A stretch of 24,932 bases of DNA, from positions 64,001-88,932 of IMG/VR virus record IMGVR_UViG_3300037468_000575; one strand, 5' to 3'. This DNA comes from a virus (taxonomy: Duplodnaviria; Heunggongvirae; Uroviricota; Caudoviricetes). The notes under the pieces are model-generated. The model did not search any database. It saw nothing but the letters and a program-made list of their open reading frames with translations, and was not told the DNA's origin. Below are positions 1-8,015 of this stretch, piece after piece (position 1 is the stretch's first letter; every line of letters starts with the position of its first letter). A program made the position numbers and the translations under genes.

Positions 1-164
1 ATTTGAATTTTTGTTGTTAAAGGAAGAAAACTATCAGTTACATATAAATGCGATCCACCTTTAAAATTAAACATTACACCATCATGCGTTTCGTTTACTT
101 CAATTAAATCTTGTCTTGGTACAGTTAATATAACACTACCTTTTTTAATTGTTACCTTTCCCAT
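1..164 (-). CDS. Hypothetical protein, N-terminal part only (MGKVTIKKGSVILTVPRQDLIEVNETHDG...), runs off the window
   Basis: Not in the ORF track. ATG at 164-162, preceded by AAGGAG 10 nt upstream; frame open for 54 codons to the window edge; begins 4 nt after the stop of the 207-aa ORF. Confidence 0.7.
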   Translation of the reverse strand, partial: MGKVTIKKGSVILTVPRQDLIEVNETHDGVMFNFKGGSHLYVTDSFLPLTTKIQ

Positions 165-168
165 GTTC

Positions 169-792
169 TTAATTCTCCTTCATGATTTTTACTAAAATGG
201 TTGTTTCCATTGTTTTTGTTATTTGACAAAACCAATTAAATAAATCCTCTTTTAAATATGTTCTTAAAAACAAAGAAATAAACTCGGAATATATTTCTAA
301 TGTTGATTGTTCATCTATTTCAGAAATAATTAAATCCATATTTGGTATACAGAATTGAGTTAATTGTTTTGAATCTATATTTATCTTAATATTTTGCCAT
401 ACATTAGTTAAAAACATTTCGTGGTCATATTCAAGAAACTCTAAAAATTTATAAATGTTTTGAACATCATCGGCTGTTTTAACAACAGGTTTTTCTGGAA
501 ATTCAAAATTATATATAGCACTAATATTTCGAAGAATATTATCACAAAACATTAGTTGAGATTCTAATGGACAATCTGTTTTAATATTATTAATTATGCT
601 TAAATAAGATGATTTAAAATTATTCGTACCCATTGGAGTTAAAATACCAAGATACCAATATGATTGTAAAGCGTCTTTAGAATCATCAATTTCTTGTGTT
701 CGTAGCAAGTGTTCATCAAGATCTTCTTCGGGTAAGGTAATCGAATTTCCTAAAAGAACTTTTTCATCTAAACTATATAATTGCATATTCAT
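169..792 (-). CDS. Hypothetical protein (207 aa) directly downstream of RNAP beta
   Basis: ORF starts 2 nt after the beta stop codon, same strand, GGAG upstream. No recognisable motif. Confidence 0.75.
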   Translation of the reverse strand: MNMQLYSLDEKVLLGNSITLPEEDLDEHLLRTQEIDDSKDALQSYWYLGILTPMGTNNFKSSYLSIINNIKTDCPLESQLMFCDNILRNISAIYNFEFPEKPVVKTADDVQNIYKFLEFLEYDHEMFLTNVWQNIKINIDSKQLTQFCIPNMDLIISEIDEQSTLEIYSEFISLFLRTYLKEDLFNWFCQITKTMETTILVKIMKEN

Positions 793-794
793 GG

Positions 795-3700
795 TTATGC
801 TCGCTCCAGCATTAAACTAACAAAATATGAATTTAACAAATTTCTTGCAGATGATATTGTCGGTTCTCTAAATTTAGCATCACCCTTTTGCACAATTTCA
901 GAAATAATTGCATCTCTAGTTAGAAAGTCATCTGAAAGAGGACCCATCAATTCTGCTAGTAAATTTTGACAGTTGTAAGATATAAAACAATATGTATCTT
1001 GTTCTCCAAGCCTTTGACCACCTTCTCTTTTTTTCCCACTTGTGGGCTGTCCAGTTTTTCCTGCAACTGGCCCTGTTGATCTTCCATAGATTTTGAGATC
1101 ACCAATATGTTCCAACTTAGATACATACATATATCCTACCGGAACAGGACTTTTGGTTTTTGTATTAAACTCAGGTAATGTTAAAGTATATCCAGATTTT
1201 AACCCAAGTAACTTTAGAACCGCAATAATATTTTGATAAGGAGGAGCTTTAAAAGGTGGAATAACTAGAGGGAAAAATCCCGTCTTTTGAACTCCATCTA
1301 AAAATCTTGCAAACTCACTTGATGAAAGTTTGCTAAATCTCATTAATGCAGCAGTTGTATATTCTTTATTTTTTGAAGTATCTAGTTGTTGCAAAACAGG
1401 TTTTAGGATCGAAGCTATTTTCGTTCTATTTTTCGAAGCTAAAATATATTTCGCAAGATATTTCGATACAAGACCGCAATACATTTCAAATAACTGACCC
1501 ATATTCATTCTTCCAATTAAACCAATTGGATTAAAAATAATATCAATACGTTCTCCAAATGGAGTTCTTGGCATTAATTCTGGTTTTTCCAGAAGAGAAA
1601 TAATTCCTTTGTTTCCATATCGATTACAAAGCTTATCTCCTAAACCAATTTTTAATTCTTGTTCAATCTTAAACTTAATTAATACACCCTTGATCGTGTC
1701 CCCAGTCATAGTAAACTTCTTTGATAAATTTCTACCATATTTTTGATTTGTTTTATTAATCAATTCTTGTAAATCTGGGAATGTTTTATCAGGAACATTG
1801 GAAAATACTTCTACATCAACAATTCTACCACCAGGACTTTTTAAAACAAAATATCTTCCTGTTATATCTATATCTTCTAATTCTTCATATTGAATTAATT
1901 CTTCTAGTTCACCTACCGTTTTCTTTAATAACGGTTGTCCTTTTACTGTTGATGTTCCAACCTGTTCAATAAATATTAGTTTATCCTTAACACTTAATTC
2001 AGCTTCTGTCATTATACCATGGACTGAAGTTAACGAATCATCAGCAACTAAATCTTCATTAATTACAATGCCATCTTCAAAATTATAACCTTTATATGGC
2101 ATTAACGCAACACATAAAGTTCTTCCAAGCGAAATAGCTCCAGATGAAATACAACTTCCTTCGGCAATAATTGCCCCTTCTCTAACAGAATTTCCTGGAT
2201 TGACAGTAGGAACAAAAATACTTAAAGTATCTTTTCCACTTCCTGATTTTAAATGTACAGGTGAAATATCAACAACTGTTCTGCCAGTTTTACACCGAAT
2301 TGAAACTTTATCTTGTACAATTGTTTCTATTTTTCCATCACATGGAGATCTCTTGATAAAGTTTTCTGATAATACAGATGTTAAAATTCCTTCATATCCA
2401 GATTGTACAGCTGGAGGTGACGGATTTTTTAAAGGAACAATTTGTTTCGCTTGTTGCGAAATCATAATAACTCTGGCTCCATCATTATTTTCTAAAAATG
2501 GAACCATACAAGTTGTTGTTGATAAGATTCCACTCTTTTCCTTATCTGTTTTATCTTTAACTCCAAATAACCCTCTTGCTGAAGTAATATTAGGATCAAT
2601 GGTTAATTGTTGCGTGATTCCAATATTTTCACCTTCTGGAGTATCAAGGGGATCAAGATTCCCGAAATACGTTTCATGAATATTTCTTGCAGATGTTTGT
2701 ATAGCTCGTTTATCGGGAATTCCACTAACTGCTTTTCCTGTTGGAGAAACTCTTGTAATAGTAGCCATTTCTTCAATTGGATTGGCATATTCCATATTTA
2801 CCGCGAGTTCAGTTGTTTGAAACTCTTTTAACACTTTTGTGGAAGACATTTCAAAAATAGCTGATTCATTACCAGACAGAACTTGTTCTTTATAAATGGT
2901 ATAGGCAGCTAAGATTTGTTTTTGAATTAAAGTAACTAAAACTTCAGATGTCCTAACTCTTTGGTTTGAAATATCATTTCTATCAATGACATAACCTTCT
3001 ATAACTTTTTCAGCCATATATTTCATAATATATGGAAGATCCGTTGGTAATTGATCTGTTTTCAAAATTTGTTTAACAACTGGATCAACAATATTTCTAA
3101 CACTAGACATAATTAAGAATGTCGAATTCAATCTTCCAGTAAGTTTAATTATTAGTTTCTCAAAATATTTAGGTGAACCAAATTTTTCATTGATGTCATA
3201 AGAAAATACTTTTCCATGTATAAAAGATTGTACAAGTTGTTGTTTTAGAGCGTTATTAACATTCTTAAAAATAATATATTCTGTGTCATTTATCTTACTA
3301 AATATTTCTTGTTTGTCAGGTTTCTCCGTTGTAATTTGATACTTTAGATCATAGAGTTTCATTGATTCTTCAAAACCAAAAGCAAACGAAATTAGAATCA
3401 ACATTGGCAATCGATAAATCATAAACGTTTCTAAGTAATTTTCTCGTGCTAATTTTCTACTTACAATTCTAAAAATAGAATAAGAACTTTCAAATTTTGA
3501 CTCACCCGCAGCCGGAAATGTAATGGGTTTTTGAATGATTTGATTGATTAAGCATTTACGTTGACCACGAACTCTAAATGTTCCTGTTTTAACATCTATT
3601 TTTGGAATTTCAATATCAATTGAATGTAGCTTTCCAAATTTGTCTTTTAAGATAATTGTAATAACAACTAAATCTGATGGTTTTAATTCTTCATTATTCT

Positions 3701-4880
3701 GACTTTTATCATGTATTTGTATACTAACAAATTTTAATGGAATCTCTTGATTTTCTAACACTTGAAACGAGTTCACAATATCTTTTATTAAATTCATTTC
3801 AAAATCAAGTTGTCTTTTTTGGAATACATGAATTGGGGATTTATAATCAACCATTCTCGGTGTATCATACATAGATGTTCTAGCATCAGTTGATATAGAA
3901 ACCGCCCGTTGTGGTTTTAGTAATTGATCAGAATATGATCGATCCACAGCTTTTAAAGCTAGTCTCATTCTATCTGGCGGAACGGAAGAAGAAATTCGAT
4001 CGGCTTTTGAAAGATCATTGCTTGTCTTAAATAAAATTGATGCTGTTGTAATTCTAGCTGCATCATGTGGTTTCATTTGTCCAGTCATAATTTGATCTAA
4101 TTCATCTGGTTTGTTTTTCAAATATGATGCAACAGCATGAACCACTTTATCTTTTGTTGCTGGATTTAAGTCTTTGTCAACATTGTTAATAACATCTGTT
4201 GTTCCTTTGACAAGGTCTTCTTCCATTTCTTGTTCATCATCAATTGGTTTTACTGATCGAAGATACAAGCGAATTCGTTCAAACTTAAAGTGTTTATCTT
4301 TAATTAGAAGTCGATAACGAGCACTACCTTCTGTAAGCATTGCTAAAATCATTGTATTAAAAGGCAAGTTTTCATCTTTAAAATCTTTTAAAAAAGGAAA
4401 AATCTTTCGATCGATAAATTGATTCATATCTTTTGTTAAATCTACTGAATATATAAAAATTACATTATAGTTTGTTGTAAATGAAGCAATTGTTGTTTCA
4501 ACAAAATTCTTAATCAACATTCCAGCACGCTGTCGATAATTTCTAGGATTGTATGCTGCATCAATAGCACTGGGATATTGACTAAGATCTAAAATTAAAT
4601 TTCGTCCCTCAGGAAATTTCATTTGAGCAGAATATGGAATTAATTTGAAGTTTGTATATAGTTTCCTAAGGTCAGGTGTTAAACGAGTTCTAGGAATTCT
4701 TGTTATAGGAACAGCTACTAATCTGAAATCGATTAACCGTAAATTTAATCTTGGATAATCAATTAAAAAATTTGAGTTTTCGGAAAAATATACTAAAAGA
4801 AAAGGATTTTTTGGATCTTGTGGAAATCGTAGTCCATCTACTACGTGAGTATATTGTCTCAAATTTTTAAAAGCAATCAT
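795..4880 (-). CDS. rpoB: Phage-encoded DNA-directed RNA polymerase beta subunit with a roughly 300-aa unrecognised N-terminal extension
   Basis: Collinear beta motifs: GTFRVRGQRKCLINQ, NIHETYFGNLDPLDTPEGENIG, PFLENNDGARVIM, MPYKGYNFEDGIVI, GDKLCNRYGNKGIIS, DIIFNPIGLIGRMNMGQLFE, YMYVSKLEH...GGQRLGEQD. RBS GGAG upstream of the ATG. Confidence 0.97.
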   Translation of the reverse strand: MIAFKNLRQYTHVVDGLRFPQDPKNPFLLVYFSENSNFLIDYPRLNLRLIDFRLVAVPITRIPRTRLTPDLRKLYTNFKLIPYSAQMKFPEGRNLILDLSQYPSAIDAAYNPRNYRQRAGMLIKNFVETTIASFTTNYNVIFIYSVDLTKDMNQFIDRKIFPFLKDFKDENLPFNTMILAMLTEGSARYRLLIKDKHFKFERIRLYLRSVKPIDDEQEMEEDLVKGTTDVINNVDKDLNPATKDKVVHAVASYLKNKPDELDQIMTGQMKPHDAARITTASILFKTSNDLSKADRISSSVPPDRMRLALKAVDRSYSDQLLKPQRAVSISTDARTSMYDTPRMVDYKSPIHVFQKRQLDFEMNLIKDIVNSFQVLENQEIPLKFVSIQIHDKSQNNEELKPSDLVVITIILKDKFGKLHSIDIEIPKIDVKTGTFRVRGQRKCLINQIIQKPITFPAAGESKFESSYSIFRIVSRKLARENYLETFMIYRLPMLILISFAFGFEESMKLYDLKYQITTEKPDKQEIFSKINDTEYIIFKNVNNALKQQLVQSFIHGKVFSYDINEKFGSPKYFEKLIIKLTGRLNSTFLIMSSVRNIVDPVVKQILKTDQLPTDLPYIMKYMAEKVIEGYVIDRNDISNQRVRTSEVLVTLIQKQILAAYTIYKEQVLSGNESAIFEMSSTKVLKEFQTTELAVNMEYANPIEEMATITRVSPTGKAVSGIPDKRAIQTSARNIHETYFGNLDPLDTPEGENIGITQQLTIDPNITSARGLFGVKDKTDKEKSGILSTTTCMVPFLENNDGARVIMISQQAKQIVPLKNPSPPAVQSGYEGILTSVLSENFIKRSPCDGKIETIVQDKVSIRCKTGRTVVDISPVHLKSGSGKDTLSIFVPTVNPGNSVREGAIIAEGSCISSGAISLGRTLCVALMPYKGYNFEDGIVINEDLVADDSLTSVHGIMTEAELSVKDKLIFIEQVGTSTVKGQPLLKKTVGELEELIQYEELEDIDITGRYFVLKSPGGRIVDVEVFSNVPDKTFPDLQELINKTNQKYGRNLSKKFTMTGDTIKGVLIKFKIEQELKIGLGDKLCNRYGNKGIISLLEKPELMPRTPFGERIDIIFNPIGLIGRMNMGQLFEMYCGLVSKYLAKYILASKNRTKIASILKPVLQQLDTSKNKEYTTAALMRFSKLSSSEFARFLDGVQKTGFFPLVIPPFKAPPYQNIIAVLKLLGLKSGYTLTLPEFNTKTKSPVPVGYMYVSKLEHIGDLKIYGRSTGPVAGKTGQPTSGKKREGGQRLGEQDTYCFISYNCQNLLAELMGPLSDDFLTRDAIISEIVQKGDAKFREPTISSARNLLNSYFVSLMLERA

Positions 4881-4883
4881 CTT

Positions 4884-6944
4884 TTATCTCCGTTTGCCTG
4901 TTAATTCACCAGTAAGAACTTTTTCAAGAATACTTGGTTCATAAGGTTCGTCTGTCACAAGACCTGTTCGAATAGCCTCATTAATATTTTCGAATGCAAG
5001 TCCTTGCACAAAACTTGTATTAAAAACAATTTTCTTAATGTTAATCATTATTGGATCCCAAGTTTTTGCTAATCTAGCTGGAATACTTTGGTTGTGTCTA
5101 TCTCGTAAACAATGACTAGTTAGTACTTCTAAATGAACTAAATCCATATCAGGTGCAACCGACGGTCCATAAATATTATATAGTTTTCTGAATAGATGAT
5201 CAACATCTTTATAGATTTCTCTACCACCTAGTAATCTTTCTAAGTATTTAATTTGAGCACTGATATGTGATGCTTCAACCGGAACTTCTAACATAGTATC
5301 ATTTTCTTTATATTCAAAACTGATTTCATCTTTAGTTTTTATCATGTTATTAAAAACTTGAATCTGAACTGATTTATCTAGAATTAAATTGAACGTTATA
5401 TCTTCAAATTCCACTGTCGCTAATAAACTGTTAGACCAAACTAATGTATCTTCAATAAACAAATCAACATTGAGATGATATTCATTTGTATTAATTGTAA
5501 CCTTACAAGGTTTTCTTGTAACTAATTGATTATCCGTTTGATATAACCATCTGTCAGAAAATTCAGACTTTGGATATTCAATTAACGGATCATTGTCAAG
5601 AATTTCTTGTATAATATCAGTTTTTTCTAGTTTAACTGCTCCTCCTGTATGGAAGGTTCTCATAATTAATTGTGTTCCTCTTTCTCCAATAACTTGAGCT
5701 GCAATGATTCCCGCGTACGGACTTCTAGTTTTTTCTAACAATCTACCATAACAAGTATGACAGAGTTTTGGTGATTTACAATAAATTGGACTTCTTAAAT
5801 ACACAACATCATCGAGTTTAAAATCCGATTCTTTAAACTCTTCTAATTTAGAACCTCGTAAAATAAACCTACCTCTTAATCTTGACATCATACCTTTTGT
5901 TAATCGCAAAGACAATGTTCTGTCTGTTTTGCAATCTTTTAATTGATTATCAATTTCAATACTATTAAGAACATAAGCTAATTTTCTAGACATATATCCA
6001 GTATCAGCTGTATTTAAAACTCTATCAATAATTCCTTTTCTCGCGCCTTGGGAAGCTTTAAAATACTCTGTAGGCGTTAATCCATCAGAAAAGGATCCCT
6101 TAATTGGGGATAGCACTTTTCCAGATGGATCAGCAATAATACCTTTTGCAACTAAAATTTGAATTGGTTGATCCCATCCTTTAGTTGCGCCAGAATCAAC
6201 AAGATCATATAATCCTGTTCCTTCTAAATGTTTCTTTGTAATTTCCACCATTTTTTCTAAAAGAATCGATCCCTCTTCTGGAGTAGAGTTTCCTAGTTTT
6301 TCTTTTAATCTATAAACTTCAGGTGGGAGTTGTAAATCATCCAGAGATATACTTGGTGCCATAATTGTAGCAAATTTAAATCCTAATTTTTCTACTTTTG
6401 AAAAAATATTAATGGCTTCATCCTGACCATAAACCTCTATAATTTTTCGAATCAATTTATTTATAATTGATTTATTTACTTGACCAGGATGATATGGAAA
6501 GCTAGTTGGAAAACAAGAATTAAATAAGGCTTTTCCCATAGTTGTTGTTTGACCTCTATATCTAACAGGAATATAGGGATCAGTAGCAGTTTCTAGATCT
6601 TCATCTGTCACAGAAATAGCAGATTTTGTTAATTTAATATCCTTTGTTATTATATATAAACCAGCAGCCATTTCTTTTGTAATTGCAAAAACAACAGAAT
6701 TCATATTATCAAAGCCTTGACTTCGTAACATTTTTTCTTTTGCTTCTTCTTGGGACTCTCTAGTTATGGGATGGAATATGGCCATTGTATCCTGAACAAA
6801 TACACCGTCTGAACTTGCAAAAGTATAGTTATCTTCAACTGTAAGATCGTAACCAACGGTTTCATTTGGATCATATGTTATATCTAATTCAGAAACAGGA
6901 ATTAAAGTTAGACCTTTGTTAAGCAGATCTTGTTTAGTTAGCAT
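4884..6944 (-). CDS. rpoC: RNA polymerase beta' C-terminal fragment preceded by a 52-aa split-intein C-part (IntC)
   Basis: After residue 52 the protein reads TMAIFHPITRESQEEAK (compare E. coli [17 protein letters not shown]). It has the bridge helix GLTPTEYFKASQGARKGIIDRVLNTADTGYMSRKL, the Zn site C..RSPIYC..LCHTCYG and the trigger loop AAQVIGERGTQLIMRTFHTGG. Own RBS (AGAGGA, 6 nt upstream of ATG). Confidence 0.95.
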   Translation of the reverse strand: MLTKQDLLNKGLTLIPVSELDITYDPNETVGYDLTVEDNYTFASSDGVFVQDTMAIFHPITRESQEEAKEKMLRSQGFDNMNSVVFAITKEMAAGLYIITKDIKLTKSAISVTDEDLETATDPYIPVRYRGQTTTMGKALFNSCFPTSFPYHPGQVNKSIINKLIRKIIEVYGQDEAINIFSKVEKLGFKFATIMAPSISLDDLQLPPEVYRLKEKLGNSTPEEGSILLEKMVEITKKHLEGTGLYDLVDSGATKGWDQPIQILVAKGIIADPSGKVLSPIKGSFSDGLTPTEYFKASQGARKGIIDRVLNTADTGYMSRKLAYVLNSIEIDNQLKDCKTDRTLSLRLTKGMMSRLRGRFILRGSKLEEFKESDFKLDDVVYLRSPIYCKSPKLCHTCYGRLLEKTRSPYAGIIAAQVIGERGTQLIMRTFHTGGAVKLEKTDIIQEILDNDPLIEYPKSEFSDRWLYQTDNQLVTRKPCKVTINTNEYHLNVDLFIEDTLVWSNSLLATVEFEDITFNLILDKSVQIQVFNNMIKTKDEISFEYKENDTMLEVPVEASHISAQIKYLERLLGGREIYKDVDHLFRKLYNIYGPSVAPDMDLVHLEVLTSHCLRDRHNQSIPARLAKTWDPIMINIKKIVFNTSFVQGLAFENINEAIRTGLVTDEPYEPSILEKVLTGELTGKRR
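6789..6944 (-). other. Split intein C-terminal part (IntC, 52 aa) ending ...GVFVQD, followed by Thr+1
   Basis: Block F VGYDLTVEDNYTF and block G-like SSDGVFVQD|T. The beta' sequence resumes exactly at the Thr codon 6788-6786. Confidence 0.88.
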
Positions 6945-8015
6945 TTATATTCCTCTATTTCCATATCTTTTTTCAATAATAATTTTATACCAATTCAAAT
7001 ACCAATCTCTATTAAAATTTGCAAATGTATTACAACTTCTACAAATAGTTATTAAGTTTATTGGATGACAATTTTTTTTGTTGTAATCAATATGATGAAT
7101 AACAATATCGTTTGAATTAATTTTATTACAACATGGATTCATACACATTCTTGAATCTCGATCTAAAATCATATCTTTAAATTCTGGAAGAAAAAATAGT
7201 TCACAATATTTTGAGTAAGTTATTCCTCCTTTCCAATTTGAATTCTTTTCTCGAGAATGTTCTTGAATAAATTTAACTGTTTTAAAAATGTTAGTTTCTT
7301 GATAATTTTTTAGAAAAGTACTAATCTTTTTTTCTTTTACACTATCTAGTATTGAAACATTATCAACATGATATTTCTTTTGAACTCCTAATTTTTGCTC
7401 TTCTTTTCCTTTTTCTGACTGCCAAGGATAGTGTGTTCCATACTTAGATATACTTGTTTCTTGTTTCTTTTCTTTACATTCATCTAATTGTGAAATATTA
7501 TCAACACCATATTTTTCTTGAATTGTTTTCTTTGCAGTTTCAATATAAGCATTTTTTAGACTTCCATAATTTGAAATAGCAGTTTCTTTTTTCTTTTCTT
7601 TAATTTTTTCTAATTTTGAGATATGAGGTACGCCATATTTTTTTAAAACAGTTTCTTTTCTTTTTATGTTAGCTTTTTTTGCTACTTCTGAATCTCCATT
7701 TTTTGTTCCTGCATATCGAACACCGCATGTTGTACTGCACGTATCTGAAAAACCAAATCCATCTATTTTAAATCTTACTAAGTTTTCTTTACAAAAATGA
7801 CATTTTGGAAATTGTTCAATAGTTGTAACATCCTTTAATAAACACCAAAGTCGATCTAATAATCTGGGATTTTTATCATTTATAAACAATGTTTCTTTTT
7901 CTATAACTGTAATCCAATCTTGACGGTATCTATAAATCGTTGGACATATTTTTGATAATGATTTGTGTTGATTTAATTTGTCTTTTATATAAGTTAAAAT
8001 TTCATTTAGTTGCAT
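6945..8015 (-). CDS. Free-standing HNH-family homing endonuclease (Zn ribbon, KYG-type repeats, C-terminal HNH/HNN domain) between the two beta' halves
   Basis: C-terminal RDSRMCMNPCC...VIHHIDYNKKNCHPINLITICRSCN; N-terminal CHFC...CSTTC; about 6 repeats of K.ET..KKYGV.NISQL. Overlaps the beta'-N stop by 14 nt and its TAA abuts the beta'-C ATG. Confidence 0.85.
   Translation of the reverse strand: MQLNEILTYIKDKLNQHKSLSKICPTIYRYRQDWITVIEKETLFINDKNPRLLDRLWCLLKDVTTIEQFPKCHFCKENLVRFKIDGFGFSDTCSTTCGVRYAGTKNGDSEVAKKANIKRKETVLKKYGVPHISKLEKIKEKKKETAISNYGSLKNAYIETAKKTIQEKYGVDNISQLDECKEKKQETSISKYGTHYPWQSEKGKEEQKLGVQKKYHVDNVSILDSVKEKKISTFLKNYQETNIFKTVKFIQEHSREKNSNWKGGITYSKYCELFFLPEFKDMILDRDSRMCMNPCCNKINSNDIVIHHIDYNKKNCHPINLITICRSCNTFANFNRDWYLNWYKIIIEKRYGNRGI
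7265..7665 (-). repeat. About six degenerate 19-23-aa protein repeats (K.ET..(K/E)KYGV.NISQL..(I/C/V)KE) in the HNH endonuclease
   Basis: KRKETVLKKYGVPHISKLEKIKE / KKKETAISNYGSLKNAYIE / TAKKTIQEKYGVDNISQLDECKE / KKQETSISKYGTHYPWQSEKGKE / EQKLGVQKKYHVDNVSILDSVKE / KKISTFLKNYQETNIF. Boundaries approximate. Confidence 0.8.

Noticed and set aside
2603-2788. 61-aa minus-strand ORF inside rpoB
   Set aside because: Alternative frame nested in conserved beta sequence; no independent support.
6945-8015. Group I intron carrying the HNH gene as the explanation for the interrupted beta'
   Set aside because: The HNH ORF overlaps the upstream stop and abuts the downstream ATG, leaving no non-coding space for an intron core. 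The flanking extra sequences are translated intein motifs, and the downstream half has its own RBS.
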